Shown here: piece by piece, positions 38,520 through 48,745 of the stretch | How the letters are laid out: each line of letters starts with the position of its first letter | Position numbering within the stretch: position 1 is the stretch's first letter | Assembly (NCBI GenBank): GCA_963700235.1 | Contig: CAVOWT010000005.1 | Coordinates: 215,057-279,056 of the forward strand | Length of the DNA: 64,000 bases | Source: an uncultured Acidimicrobiaceae bacterium | GTDB lineage: Bacteria > Actinomycetota > Acidimicrobiia > Acidimicrobiales > RAAP-2 | Reading direction: 5' to 3' | Made by a program: the position numbers and the translations under genes | Notes under the pieces: generated by a model | The model's input: only the letters and a program-made list of their open reading frames with translations | Databases searched by the model: none | What the model was told of the DNA's origin: nothing

Positions 38520-39311
38520 ATGCCGGATCTCGATGCCCGTCCCGAATCATGTCGTTTCCTTGAACAGAAAGGTCGGAATGTGCTTCAGACAATCCGCTCT
38601 TCAATCAGTGTTGTGATCACAAGTGACAGCTTCTTGGTCGGCGATGGACTTGCGTCACTCTTGGACGGGACACCCGACATTGTCGTGGTCGGACGAACTC
38701 GCAACCTGAATGAACTGATAGGTCTCCTGAGGGATAATGTGCCGAGGGCGGTAATCATTTACATCCACTCGAAGATATGCACCACCAAAGCCATCGTTAC
38801 TGTGATCCGTCATCTGCGAAAAACCTATCCGGACATGGCGGTAGTCGTTATCTCTGATCGCGTAGACGAGTTTGCCGTTGAGCGCCTTCGTGGCGGTTCG
38901 TTCGGAGTGGCGTTTCTGTTAGGCAAACACCTTCCTGAAGCGCGGGACGTGGTGGACAAGTTACGAGCAATCAAGCTAAGCCAGACACCGCCAGCGGATC
39001 CGAACCTCGCCGATTCATTCACTAGCTACCGCAATGGCGCCGGACTCGAGAGTCTGACCTCCAGAGAGGTGGACTATCTGGATCTACTCGCTCACGGCCT
39101 GTCAAATAGGGCAATTGCCGATGCGCTGAGCGTGTCAATGAAGGCCGTGGAGAATACCAATACGTCGATATTTCTGAAGCTCGGACCTTTTGACGGGGGG
39201 GCGTCCGATCGTAGGGTCTGCGCAGCCTTGATGTACCTGAGCACCAAATCTGATCCGTTCAGCGCTGACAGCGAAATCGAAGCCCCGATCACGGCGGATC
39301 GTGATCGATAA
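38520..39311 (+). CDS. LuxR/NarL-type regulator with atypical (probably non-phosphorylatable) receiver domain
   Basis: C-terminal LuxR HTH ..LTSREVDYLDLLAHGLSNRAIADALSVSMKAVENTNTSIF... The receiver-like N-terminus has VVITSDS instead of DD, and AVIIYIHS where the phospho-Asp is expected. Likely start GTG 38580. Paralog of 51434..52219. Confidence 0.75.
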   Translation: MPDLDARPESCRFLEQKGRNVLQTIRSSISVVITSDSFLVGDGLASLLDGTPDIVVVGRTRNLNELIGLLRDNVPRAVIIYIHSKICTTKAIVTVIRHLRKTYPDMAVVVISDRVDEFAVERLRGGSFGVAFLLGKHLPEARDVVDKLRAIKLSQTPPADPNLADSFTSYRNGAGLESLTSREVDYLDLLAHGLSNRAIADALSVSMKAVENTNTSIFLKLGPFDGGASDRRVCAALMYLSTKSDPFSADSEIEAPITADRDR

Positions 39312-39552
39312 TCCCAAGGTGTGCGACACCCCCCACACGACCGCTCCTGGCTCACTTTCAGTCGTATTTGATCCATCGTTCTTGGGAAAGGCCGACAGGG
39401 CGGATCGGAGCCCAATTTGAAACGCCTCCCCGCCCCGCAAAGGCATCAAATAAGCGCTTCAAGTGCTTTTGTCACCGAGTTGGGAGCGGAAGCGGTGGTG
39501 CCTCCCGACGGCGACCACATAATAACCGACTCGTTTCTCGTTCGGGAAGGGT

Positions 39553-40961
39553 CTATCGTTTTACGCCTTCGCGCCGCCAACCAATGACAACTCGATCGGG
39601 ATCAAATCGGTTTGAAGGTATAGCGGCCCGGAACACGCGGACAGAAGTGACGAAGCTCTGAGTAATTAGCCGCTTTTCATCGGCCGACAGTGTCAGCCAC
39701 TTTTCTTGCGGCTTTTTGCCGAGCGTAACTAGTGCGTCTCGTCCCCGGATTACCGCAGGTCGACCGGATCGCTCCGCGATCCGTGATTCGATGCGCTTTC
39801 TTTGTCCAAGCCATGCCGTGCGAGAAATCCGTCGATCGCCGAATCCGTCATCCAGGTGCTGGAGGGTCCTCTCGTCTTCCGAATTGTTGAGTACGAGATC
39901 ATGAACTGGGGCTGGGTTCTCCTCCCTGGCGACCTCGATGTGGGAAGAACGCGAAGGTACTTTGGCAAGAGCCAGAACCAATCCAAAGACGTAATCCTCG
40001 ATGGGTAAACCAGACACATTCACCCGGCCACACCCTCCGGAATCTGTGCGCGGCACCTGTAACCTCTGACCTTGCCGCTGGTCGCCCTCTTGAGGCTGCT
40101 GTCTAGATACGTACCGCATTCTCCGCAGGTGAGTACACCCCGCAACGGATAACCGAGTCTGGCTCGGCTTTGGCGCCGTGATGGATGGTTGAGAATCGTC
40201 ATCAATTGGCCCCAAATCTGAAAGCTCAGGATTGAATCCCACACTGCTTCTCCAACGATCCTGCCCCGATGCTCACGTAGTCCCGCAGCTCGTGGACTCA
40301 GAAGAATCTGCTTGAGCGAATCGATTGTCCACGTTTTCCCGTACTGGACTGAAGTCCCCGGGCTGTCCAGGCTCTTACTACGGCAGTCAGAGTATCGCCC
40401 TTTAGTATTCGTTCCGCGGCCTCACGGACGAGGGCCGCTTCGGACTCATTGTGCGTAACTCGATCCCGTTGGAATCCATACGGTCGATTGCCCCCGCCGG
40501 ACAGCAAACCTCTTTCGGCCAATTCCAATGTCTTTCGTCGTCCCCTCTGTGATGCCTTGCGAGCTTCCTCAGCAGCGAACGCACCCTTTATGCGAGCTGC
40601 GAGCAGACCGTCGCCTGTTCCCATATCGACACCGCCTCCGACAAAGGCCAACCGTGTCACCCCTGCTGCAGCGCACGAATTAACGAAGCCCTCGAGTTCG
40701 ATAGGTCGGCGCGTCAATCGATCTAGGTCGTAGACCACAACCGCATCGACTTGGCCTGATTCAATATCTGCTAGCAGCCTCCGATATTCGGGTCGGATTA
40801 CGCGTTGAGCAGTGGCCGAGAGGTTGTTGTCAACGTACTCTCCGGCTATCTCCCAATTGCGTTCGACGCGCACTTGCCTGCAGTCCTTCTCCTGACGGAC
40901 CACGCCCAGGGCGCCTCCATCACTCAGAGCTGATGCGGGCGTAGATAGCTGCTCGAGTCAC
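39553..40961 (-). pseudogene. Large serine recombinase, several frameshifts
   Basis: Pieces in different frames. VTRAAIYARIS (GTG 40961), ..GALGVVRQEKDCRQ..YVDNNLSAT..VDAVVVYDLDRLTRR (resolvase domain, ORF 40298..40903), ..LLTCGECGTYL..YRC (zinc ribbon, 40020..40244), C-terminal coiled region (39553..40242). Confidence 0.8.
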
Positions 40962-41111
40962 GGGCACCGCGAACGTCCCTGGACGGGAATCAAACCACCA
41001 AACAGAACACAACACTTGCCTGCGGTCACGACCTGTTCTTCCATCGGGAGATTCCTAACCGTACCCCCAAGCGGTAGCTAGATCGCCCTGGGCACCCTTT
41101 GTCCAATTCGC

Positions 41112-42960
41112 GTGCAGTGTGCTCATTATCGACCGGACCTGATCAGGTACTCCGTTGTCGTCGGGGGTTGTAGGTATTCCAGGTCGCTCATTAAGGAAAC
41201 AGGCGCAGAATGCCGATGTACGGCCGTGGGCCATAACGCGAGTGCAGGCGCTTCGAAACATTGGAGCTGGTACTCGCCCCACAGGGCAATCGTCTTTCTC
41301 GCCGTGCTCCTCACTACAGTCGCGGTGGCTGGAGGCACGCTTGGGGTTGTCAATGCGGCCCACGCGGAGCGATTGACTGCCCGATTGACTAGTCAGTATC
41401 TCGTACTCCAACCCCCGGTACGACAGATTCGGGCCTCGGTGTCGGCTTTCCAAGTACTAGCCGCTGAAGCCTTCAACAGCCCGACTCCGGCCGCAGGACT
41501 CGTGACAGAAGCAGTTGCAGACTCAAGCTCGACCGATAAGGCGTACCTCACGCTGCAGCACCTGCTGGCACTCCCCGGCAACGGCAATCTCGCACCCCGT
41601 CTGACTGCTCGGATGGCGGCCTATGTCGCGGCCCGATCCACTCTGGGCGCTTTCCTGGCTGGGGAGCCACGGACGGCCGTGAGCGCCCAATTGGCCAGAG
41701 ACGAAGACACTGCCGATATGAAACTCGATGCAACGTTGGCGGCGCTCCAGGCCACCGTTGCCGATCGCCTCACACAAACGGCTAATCAGGCCGAAGCCGC
41801 AGCAAACCGCGCCCGAGTTGATCTCCTTTGGTCCATTGTGGTTGGGCTGATCTTCGCAGGCACCGTCACGGTAATTCTGGCTCGGCATGCATTGCGGGTG
41901 GAAGACGAGATGTCCCGACGCGAGGAACTACAGTCAGAGCTCGGTCAGCGCACCGAGTTTGAGGCACGTCTGCAGCGGGCACTCGAAATGTCCAGGTCCG
42001 AACAGCCGGTGTTTGAGCTCGTAACCGAAGCACTCCAAGAGGCCGCACCGAACATGCGGGCGGAGTTGCTACTGGCTGATTCTAGCCGAGCACACTTTCG
42101 ACAGGTGTTGGTCAGCTCTGATCGGGAAGGTGACTCTGGCTGCAGCGTCATGTCTCCGACCGATTGTCCTGCCGCGTTCGCGAGGGCAGACCATGGTGTT
42201 CCCCTCCAGCATGGCGATCGACGCCTGTCCAAACCTTCGTGGCCGCGGGTGTTCTGCAACATGTGTTCCGGTGAGCATCAGTGGTGACTCTGTTGGGGTC
42301 TTCCACGTGACTGCGACCGACAGCTTCCCGCCTTCCGAATCAACTCGTAGCAACCTCGAAGTCGTTGCCAGAAGGGCTTCCGAGCGATTGGCCATGCTAC
42401 GAGCATTCGAGGTGTCCCAGACCCAAGCTAATAGCGACTCGCTTACTGGCCTCGTAACTCGAAGGAGAGTGGAGAGCGAGGTCCGCAAGCTCTATGAAAC
42501 TGGGACGCCCTACTCAGTTGCCTATGGTGACCTCGACCATTTCAAGGACTTGAACGACCTATTCGGCCACGATGCCGGAGATCGGGCGCTCCGTACCTTT
42601 TCACAGATTCTTCGGGATTCGTTGCGTCCGGCTGATATCCCATGTCGTTATGGCGGCGAGGAGTTCGTCATTGTTCTACCTGAGTGTCCGATCGATGAAG
42701 CCATCCAAGTTCTCGAACGGGTTAGAGGGCGCGTGAAGGACCGCTTGATGATTGCTCAACTGCCAGACTTCACGGTGAGTTTCGGAATCGCATCTTCTGA
42801 TCAGGCTGGCGATTTTCAGCAGGTGGTGTTGTTGGCCGATGAGGCACTCCTAGCTGCCAAGACCGGAGGTCAGCGACCAGATCGTTGTCGCGACAAGGAC
42901 CGACCAACTCCTCCCAGCCGTCAAAGCGTCGTGAGCGCAATGCAGCCTGACGTCCCCTGA
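41112..42960 (+). pseudogene. Membrane-bound sensor diguanylate cyclase (periplasmic helical domain-TM-GAF-like-GGDEF), at least one frameshift; start uncertain
   Basis: TM AIVFLAVLLTTVAVAGG, helical ectodomain, TM2 LLWSIVVGLIFAGTVTVIL, GAF-like region split near 42170-42185 between ORFs 41112..42287 and 42130..42960. GGDEF domain has RPADIPCRYGGEEF (RxxD I-site plus GGEEF). The extreme C-terminus may carry a second shift. Confidence 0.75.
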
Positions 42961-43828
42961 CCGCCGCTGGATTAGTTATGACGGCCGTCGGGTGTACCGT
43001 GAATGGATGGGCCGCGACTGATGAACCTTGGACAATTTGCGAATTCGTCGGGTTCACGGTCCTTCCGAGGGACAAAGGAAGATCTCAGTTTCGACCTGTG
43101 GCAGAAGAAGAGCGCTGAGGGCCTTTTCGTTTTGGTGAGGCGCTTTCGTATTTCCGCAGACCCACTACTCGAGTGGGCGAAGCACCCGCCCAGTGAGAGT
43201 GTCCCGGTCGGCTACATGGTCCCGATCGAGTATTGGGATGAGCGGGTGGACAAAGCCGGCGCTCTGACATGGACGGCTTTGTGACGGTTCCGCAAATCGC
43301 GGTTGAGCCCATCACAACTCCCCACTCGCCCTCTCGATGTGGCGGGGGCCGGCTGTTCAGGCTCGGATTAGCTGGGTCCACCCATGTGGAGGTCTATCCG
43401 GGACCGTGAGTCGATCATTCTGGGCGGACGACGTGGGACCTTTGGCCCTGTCGCTCGTCGTTGATCAGCGGCACGGTGTCCCACGTGACAATTACTGAAA
43501 ATCACATCAAATGTGACCGGTTTGGCTGCCGCACGGAGTTGGCATACCCAGCCGGGCTCTCCCCGTATAAGGTCCGAGCACAGCACTATGAACTGGGGTG
43601 GCGGACAACCGGTCAGGTGAAGCTGCTCGACCACTGTCCCAAACACTTCAGTCAGCGGTCCCCTGGCTGACGATTTCCCCACTTTCGCCAAAGGGTGCGG
43701 TCGCGTAGGGTGGGCTCAACAGTCAGGTCGAAGCGAGGTCCCGCCACTCCGCTCCCTGCTTGGTGGGGTGCGCCAGTCCTTCCACCGAGGACTGGCGCGC
43801 TTGTGCATCTTTAGTGCGATTGCATTAC

Positions 43829-45233
43829 GGTGGCGTCCCCTCACGTGGTGGGCTTTGAACTGAGCTGGGGCATCCACCAATAGGTGGGGCCATCGGCGTG
43901 ATCCTCGGTGTGTTCCTTGCACGAACCCACCAAGAGGAGACCAACACCGATGGCCCTGGATCAGTCTGTCCTGTCCGAACTACTCGACGCGTTCCGAACC
44001 GGTGAGGGCCTCGACCTCATCAAAGAAGCAGCAGCTCTGGTGTGCCAGGAGCTGATCGAGGCCGAGCTCACCACCCAGATCGGAGCGGACCGCTATGAGC
44101 GCAACCCCGGCCGCAGTAACGAGCGCAACGGGCACCGTCCCCGGGTGCTATCGACCAAGGCTGGGGATGTGGAACTGGCCATACCCAAGCTCAGGAAGGG
44201 GAGTTTCTTCCCCTCTATCCTCGAGCCCCGCCGGCGGATCGACCAGGCCCTCTATGCCGTGGTCATGGAGGCCTACGTGCACGGGGTGTCCACCCGGGCC
44301 GTCGACGAGCTGGTGGCGGCCCTCGGGGTCAGCTCCGGCATCTCCCGGTCCGAGGTATCCCGAATCTGTGCCGGGCTGGACGAGGTGGTCGACTCGTTTC
44401 GGGAGCGGAGGCTGGACCACGTCGCTTTCCCCTATGTGTATTTGGACGCCACCTACCTCCACGTCCGAGGGCACCACCAGGTGACATCGAAGGCCGTGGT
44501 CATCGCCACCGGGGTGGCGGCCACCGGGCACAGGGAGATCCTGGGCATCGACGTCGGGGACTCGGAGAACGAGACCTTCTGGCGGGAGTTCCTGCGCAAG
44601 CTCCGGGCCCGGGGACTAGAGGGTGTGCAGCTGGTCATCTCCGACCAGCACACCGGCCTGGTGGCAGCCATCAAGCGGTGCTTCCAAGGGGCATCCCACC
44701 AGCGGTGCCGGGTCCACTTCGCCCGCAACCTGCTGGCCACCATTCCGAAGGGCCACCAACCCATGGTGTCGGCCGCCTTCAAGACCGTCTTCGCCCAAGT
44801 GTCCGGCGAGGACATGCACGCCCAGTGGGACCAGGTGAGCTCCACCCTCGAGGGCCGGTTCGACAAGGGCGCAGCCCTCATGACAGGGGCCAAGGAGGAA
44901 GTCCTCGCCTTCACCGCTTTTCCGAGTGAGCACTGGCGCCAGATCTGGTCCACCAATCCTCTGGAACGCCTCAACAAGGAACTGAAGCGGAGGTGCCGGG
45001 TGGTCGGCATCTTTCCAAACGAGGCCTCAGTCGTCCGCCTGGGTGGAGCGGTCCTCCTCGACGTGCACGACGAGTGGGTGTCGGCCGAGCGGAGGTACTT
45101 CTCCGAATCCTCTATGGCCAAGCTCTACCGGGTCGTGGATAATGACGATGCGTCCGTCAAAGAGCTAACGCCCTCTGACTGATTGCCGCCGAGGATTGCA
45201 TGCTCAATCCCCACCATTCGGCGGGACGCCACC
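43829..45233 (+). mobile_element. IS256-family insertion sequence (1405 bp) with 9-bp target duplication
   Basis: Imperfect terminal IRs GGTGGCGTCCC..TGGTGGG at both ends. Flanked by identical TTGCATTAC at 43820-43828 and 45234-45242. Confidence 0.9.
43950..45182 (+). CDS. IS256-family (mutator-type) transposase
   Basis: ATG 43950 within ORF 43908..45182. ..ERNGHRPR..LAIPKLRKGSFFPS..YLDATYL..VISDQHTGL..RCRVHFARN..NPLERLNKELKRR.. Intact, 410 aa. Confidence 0.9.
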   Translation: MALDQSVLSELLDAFRTGEGLDLIKEAAALVCQELIEAELTTQIGADRYERNPGRSNERNGHRPRVLSTKAGDVELAIPKLRKGSFFPSILEPRRRIDQALYAVVMEAYVHGVSTRAVDELVAALGVSSGISRSEVSRICAGLDEVVDSFRERRLDHVAFPYVYLDATYLHVRGHHQVTSKAVVIATGVAATGHREILGIDVGDSENETFWREFLRKLRARGLEGVQLVISDQHTGLVAAIKRCFQGASHQRCRVHFARNLLATIPKGHQPMVSAAFKTVFAQVSGEDMHAQWDQVSSTLEGRFDKGAALMTGAKEEVLAFTAFPSEHWRQIWSTNPLERLNKELKRRCRVVGIFPNEASVVRLGGAVLLDVHDEWVSAERRYFSESSMAKLYRVVDNDDASVKELTPSD

Positions 45234-45797
45234 TTGCATTACCCTTCCGCTACCCCTGTTGCGCCTGTCCAGCTCACCCGTTTGGTAGCCGTCATAGGGG
45301 CAGAACGTCGATCGCAAGCACAGCCAACCGATCCGATTCTGTTAGCTCGGAGTGAGTGGACGGTGTCCTTGGCGGGTGCACCGTCCACTCCCCGAGCGTG
45401 ACGTCGGAGCCCGGCTGCTCTCGGCACTTTGGCGTGGCGTAAATAAGGTCACGGATCGTCATGCTTTTAGATCTATCGACCAATTCTCCCTGGTCCATTC
45501 TGAGGCCACACATGCTTGTGCAGGCAAATGATTCCTTGGGCCTATACCAAGACCTCTTGGGCGACGTCTTTATTGAACCCTGGGTTCAGTTTGACGAACA
45601 TTATTCAGATAGGGAGGGTTGGGAGTGTTCGGAACCGAGACGCAGCGGATCTGCGTCTCCGCCGTATTTTCTCGAACAGCTTGGTAGATCCTGGGATCTC
45701 CTTGCGCTATCAAGTGTCGTGCGCGATCGATGGTTTCCGCGTGCCTGGAGAAGATTGGTAGGCCTAGGAGCATAGAGGCGCTAGGTCTGACCCCCCT

Positions 45798-46070
45798 TCA
45801 TCTACGGCTCCACGGTTGAATCTGTTGAAGTGCAACTTCGTTCATTCCGCTTCCAAAGTAAGCAGAGCGGCTCTCGCGTTCAGAGATAATCCATTCCAGG
45901 CCCCTATAGGTATCGATCCCAACAATCTCATCGTCTTCGAAGAGTGGCACTGAATGTTCAAAGTCGAGGCCCTGTTGCCGAGTAATCATCAGATTTCCCT
46001 CTTCGGTTCGATACCAAGAGTCGACCGTCGACCTAATGGTGCAGGTGAAGGCTTCGGCGTAGTGCTCCAC
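45798..46070 (-). CDS. Hypothetical protein (shares leader and first ~10 codons with 31269..31487)
   Basis: 90 aa, GTG start, MEHYAEAFTC... Lower-GC coding-like sequence. No family recognised. Confidence 0.4.
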   Translation of the reverse strand: MEHYAEAFTCTIRSTVDSWYRTEEGNLMITRQQGLDFEHSVPLFEDDEIVGIDTYRGLEWIISERESRSAYFGSGMNEVALQQIQPWSRR

Positions 46071-46119
46071 GTCGGCTCAGACTAGAGCGGAGGCGTGACG
46101 AGGCGTCCCGATGCAGGTC

Positions 46120-46278
46120 TCAGGACGCCCGGAGATCTGAACTGAGATCGGGCCACTCCGACCCGCAGTCCCGGCATTTCAGATCTAGCCCGCTCTCCCC
46201 GAGTCCAGAACCCCGCACCACCAGTTTGGGGACATCAAGGGATCCGCAGCCAGGACACCCGTAAGGGGCATCGCTCAC
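46120..46278 (-). CDS. Small zinc-ribbon protein (52 aa)
   Basis: GTG 46278 preceded by GGAGG. VSDAPYGCPGCGSLDVPKLVVRGSGLGESGLDLKCRDCGSEWPDLSSDLRAS has two CxxC pairs. A truncated paralog at 31534-31641 ends ..NLKCRDCGSESPDLSSDLRAS. Below the ORF-track length cutoff. Confidence 0.5.
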   Translation of the reverse strand: MSDAPYGCPGCGSLDVPKLVVRGSGLGESGLDLKCRDCGSEWPDLSSDLRAS

Positions 46279-46694
46279 GATCTGACCTCCGACAAGAGCA
46301 AGCCCCCGATTGCATTGATGCTACTCACCACTGAGGGTGGTCCGCCAGGCCCTCTCGGCGACCGTCCGCGATGCAGCTGGAACCCTACGTGGTGGCCCCA
46401 ACACCTGTGGCGACCAGGGGCTATACAAGCCGGCGTTCGAGGTTCACAGTAGAGCTCTGGACCGAGAGCAACCTCACCTCCTTCTCCCGGTCCTCGCTCT
46501 CGGGACGGGTGCGGTGTGCAAGGGGGCCACCCATCCGACCCGAGATGCTGAGCCGTCATACCAGGACGCTCGTGCTCGCCCCCCCATCGCACCCACCTGT
46601 TGCAACGGGCGCCGTGAACAGGGCCACCTCCTGGCCTACGATTCGAACAGCCCTGTACTGGAAGGGCCCAGTTGAAACCTGTGGGGGATGAGCA

Positions 46695-47528
46695 ATGTCA
46701 CGAGTAACTGCCAGATGGCTGGCAACCATTGGACTGACCGCCGCGCTCGGCGTGGGAGCGACAGTCGGGCTGAGCGGGGCCGCTGGTGCCTCATCTCGTG
46801 TAGGGCGAACCAGGCACCAAGGGTCCGCCGGCGCGGTCAGCACGACCAGCTTCTCGTTCAATGCTTCAGTCAGCGGCCTCGCACCCACGGCGGTGACGAT
46901 TACCGGATCGGGACAGGCGGACTTCAAGACTGACGCCCTCTCGCTGTCCGTTAACGTTCCTGCTGTCGTGACCAAGCTCATTCCAGGTGGTTCCGCCTCT
47001 CCGGAAGTCATCAATGTCGTCGAATCCGGGGGGACGGTTTACTTGAAGGTCCCGACTCTGGATTCCCTGATCGGAACGCCGTGGATAGCGGTGGCACTCC
47101 CGTCGAAGACCAAGGCCACTGGTGAGGGCGTGCTGAGCAAGGTTGCATCTGCCTTAGGCAATGTGCATGCCATTGTTAGTTTCGCTGAAGCACACCATGC
47201 CACGGTGACCCCATTGCCCCCGACCACCGTTGATGGCGTTCACGCTACGGGGAACCAGATCGTCGCCACCCTGTCGCACAAGGGGAGGAGTCACCCCCTG
47301 ACGGCAAGTGTCTGGGCTGATTCTTCGGATCAACTCGTTCAGGGAAACGTGTCGACGTCCCTGACGACGCCGAAGGGAACCATCGGCCTCACTGCCAGTG
47401 TGAACTTCAGCGGGTATGGCGCTCCCGTGACTGTCACGGTTCCGCCGTCCTCTCAGGTGAAGACGATCCCGTTCTCCACAATGCTCATGTTCCTCGGAAA
47501 GGGCAGCCACTCCCACGCTCGCGTCTAG
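46695..47528 (+). CDS. Secreted hypothetical protein
   Basis: 277 aa with signal-peptide-like N-terminus MSRVTARWLATIGLTAALGVGATVGLSGAAGA. Ser/Thr/Val-rich, beta-rich-looking body. No family recognised. Confidence 0.55.
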   Translation: MSRVTARWLATIGLTAALGVGATVGLSGAAGASSRVGRTRHQGSAGAVSTTSFSFNASVSGLAPTAVTITGSGQADFKTDALSLSVNVPAVVTKLIPGGSASPEVINVVESGGTVYLKVPTLDSLIGTPWIAVALPSKTKATGEGVLSKVASALGNVHAIVSFAEAHHATVTPLPPTTVDGVHATGNQIVATLSHKGRSHPLTASVWADSSDQLVQGNVSTSLTTPKGTIGLTASVNFSGYGAPVTVTVPPSSQVKTIPFSTMLMFLGKGSHSHARV

Positions 47529-47732
47529 ACCCCTGACGCGGCCGGACGAGATTCGCCGGAGCGTGGGGGCCTCATTCAAGACTGTCTTTGCCCTTTCAAA
47601 TATTCTGGGTGCGGAGCGTCCGAAATCGTCCGAAGGGTTGCAAAAGACCTGAAGGCGTAGCAGCTAGGGGTATCCACCGACCGCCGTCTGGGCCCGACCG
47701 ATTTGCGGCCTAGGCGGCTCCGGGGGACCGAG

Positions 47733-47915
47733 CTACTTGAGGATCAATCGCCCACGAGGGTGCCCGATGTTGTGAACCTTGAGAGGTGACGCCTCCCAGT
47801 CGTAGCCGCATGCACCGCATGTCCACACTACGGAAGATGCGGTGTCCTGGATCCGGCGGAACGGTGTCTTTTCGTCACACCGCGGGCAGACCAGGCTCAC
47901 ACTGCTGGGCTCCAT
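47733..47915 (-). CDS. Small zinc-ribbon protein (60 aa)
   Basis: ATG 47915 preceded by GGGAGGTAGG. MEPSSVSLVCPRCDEKTPFRRIQDTASSVVWTCGACGYDWEASPLKVHNIGHP.. (CPRC..CGAC). Intact copy of pseudogene 33125..33340. Confidence 0.6.
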   Translation of the reverse strand: MEPSSVSLVCPRCDEKTPFRRIQDTASSVVWTCGACGYDWEASPLKVHNIGHPRGRLILK

Positions 47916-48745
47916 GAGTCCTACCTCCCAACGTTCTGATAGAAGTCTCGGTGGAGGAGTGGGCGGCGTGGACACCTGCACGCTGTCTCCGTCTCAGTCC
48001 GGGGATTGCGCAGCGATTTGGAATTTGCGGATTGGCCTGGCGGACCGGATACCGAGGTCGACAGGTCGGCCGCTGGGAACGACATTCTGCTGAATGGTCC
48101 TATCGGGGCTGCCCTTGTTCAGTGCCATTACGAAACCGTCTCTAGGCTCACCCAGGATTGTGGGACGGACGTTGTCATACTGCCGACCAAACAGCGTCGA
48201 GCCATGGTCCAACCATGCACACTCGAAGGCTGATTCTTGGAAGTGCCCGCGAAAGTGGCCAGATCCAAAGATTGTCGAGTTGGCTCGGTTGCACCGCCCC
48301 CCATCGGGGGAATCTGATCCCCGACGCTGACACAGCGCGGACAGTTCGCACTTGATCTCCAGCCAGGTCTTCACCGGTGCATCGGCAGGGTTCCCTCAAC
48401 CGAAGCACGACCATCCGTTCTTGAAACCTCACCTCGGGTGACCTAGATCACGAGTGATGGTGGGAGGCGGTAGAGGGCAGCGTGGTGATCCTCGTACCGA
48501 GGCAGTCGCGTCCGCGAGGTTGGACAGCGGAGCGTTCGTGACCCGCTCCCGGCAGGTAGGGGACGCTTCGCACCCGCTCGGTACTGGCACGTCTCGGACG
48601 GGATTCAGCGCCCTGTCCCCGTCCCCCGTCCGGTCGGGACTCAACAGGGGTACGCGAATTGTCGCTTGGTCGCCGATAGCCTGTGATCTGACCTGGTCTC
48701 ATCGTGAGGCAGTGAAACGTGGGGCCCTAGGAGCAGCGGAGATAC

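Noticed and set aside
43461-43670. Small Cys/His-containing ORF (..IKCDRFGCRTEL..GW..LDHCPKH..) and overlapping minus-strand ORF 43368..43691
   Set aside because: The plus-strand peptide is plausible, but it has a weak TTG/GTG start, no recognisable family and a competing antisense ORF. The support is insufficient to list it as a feature.
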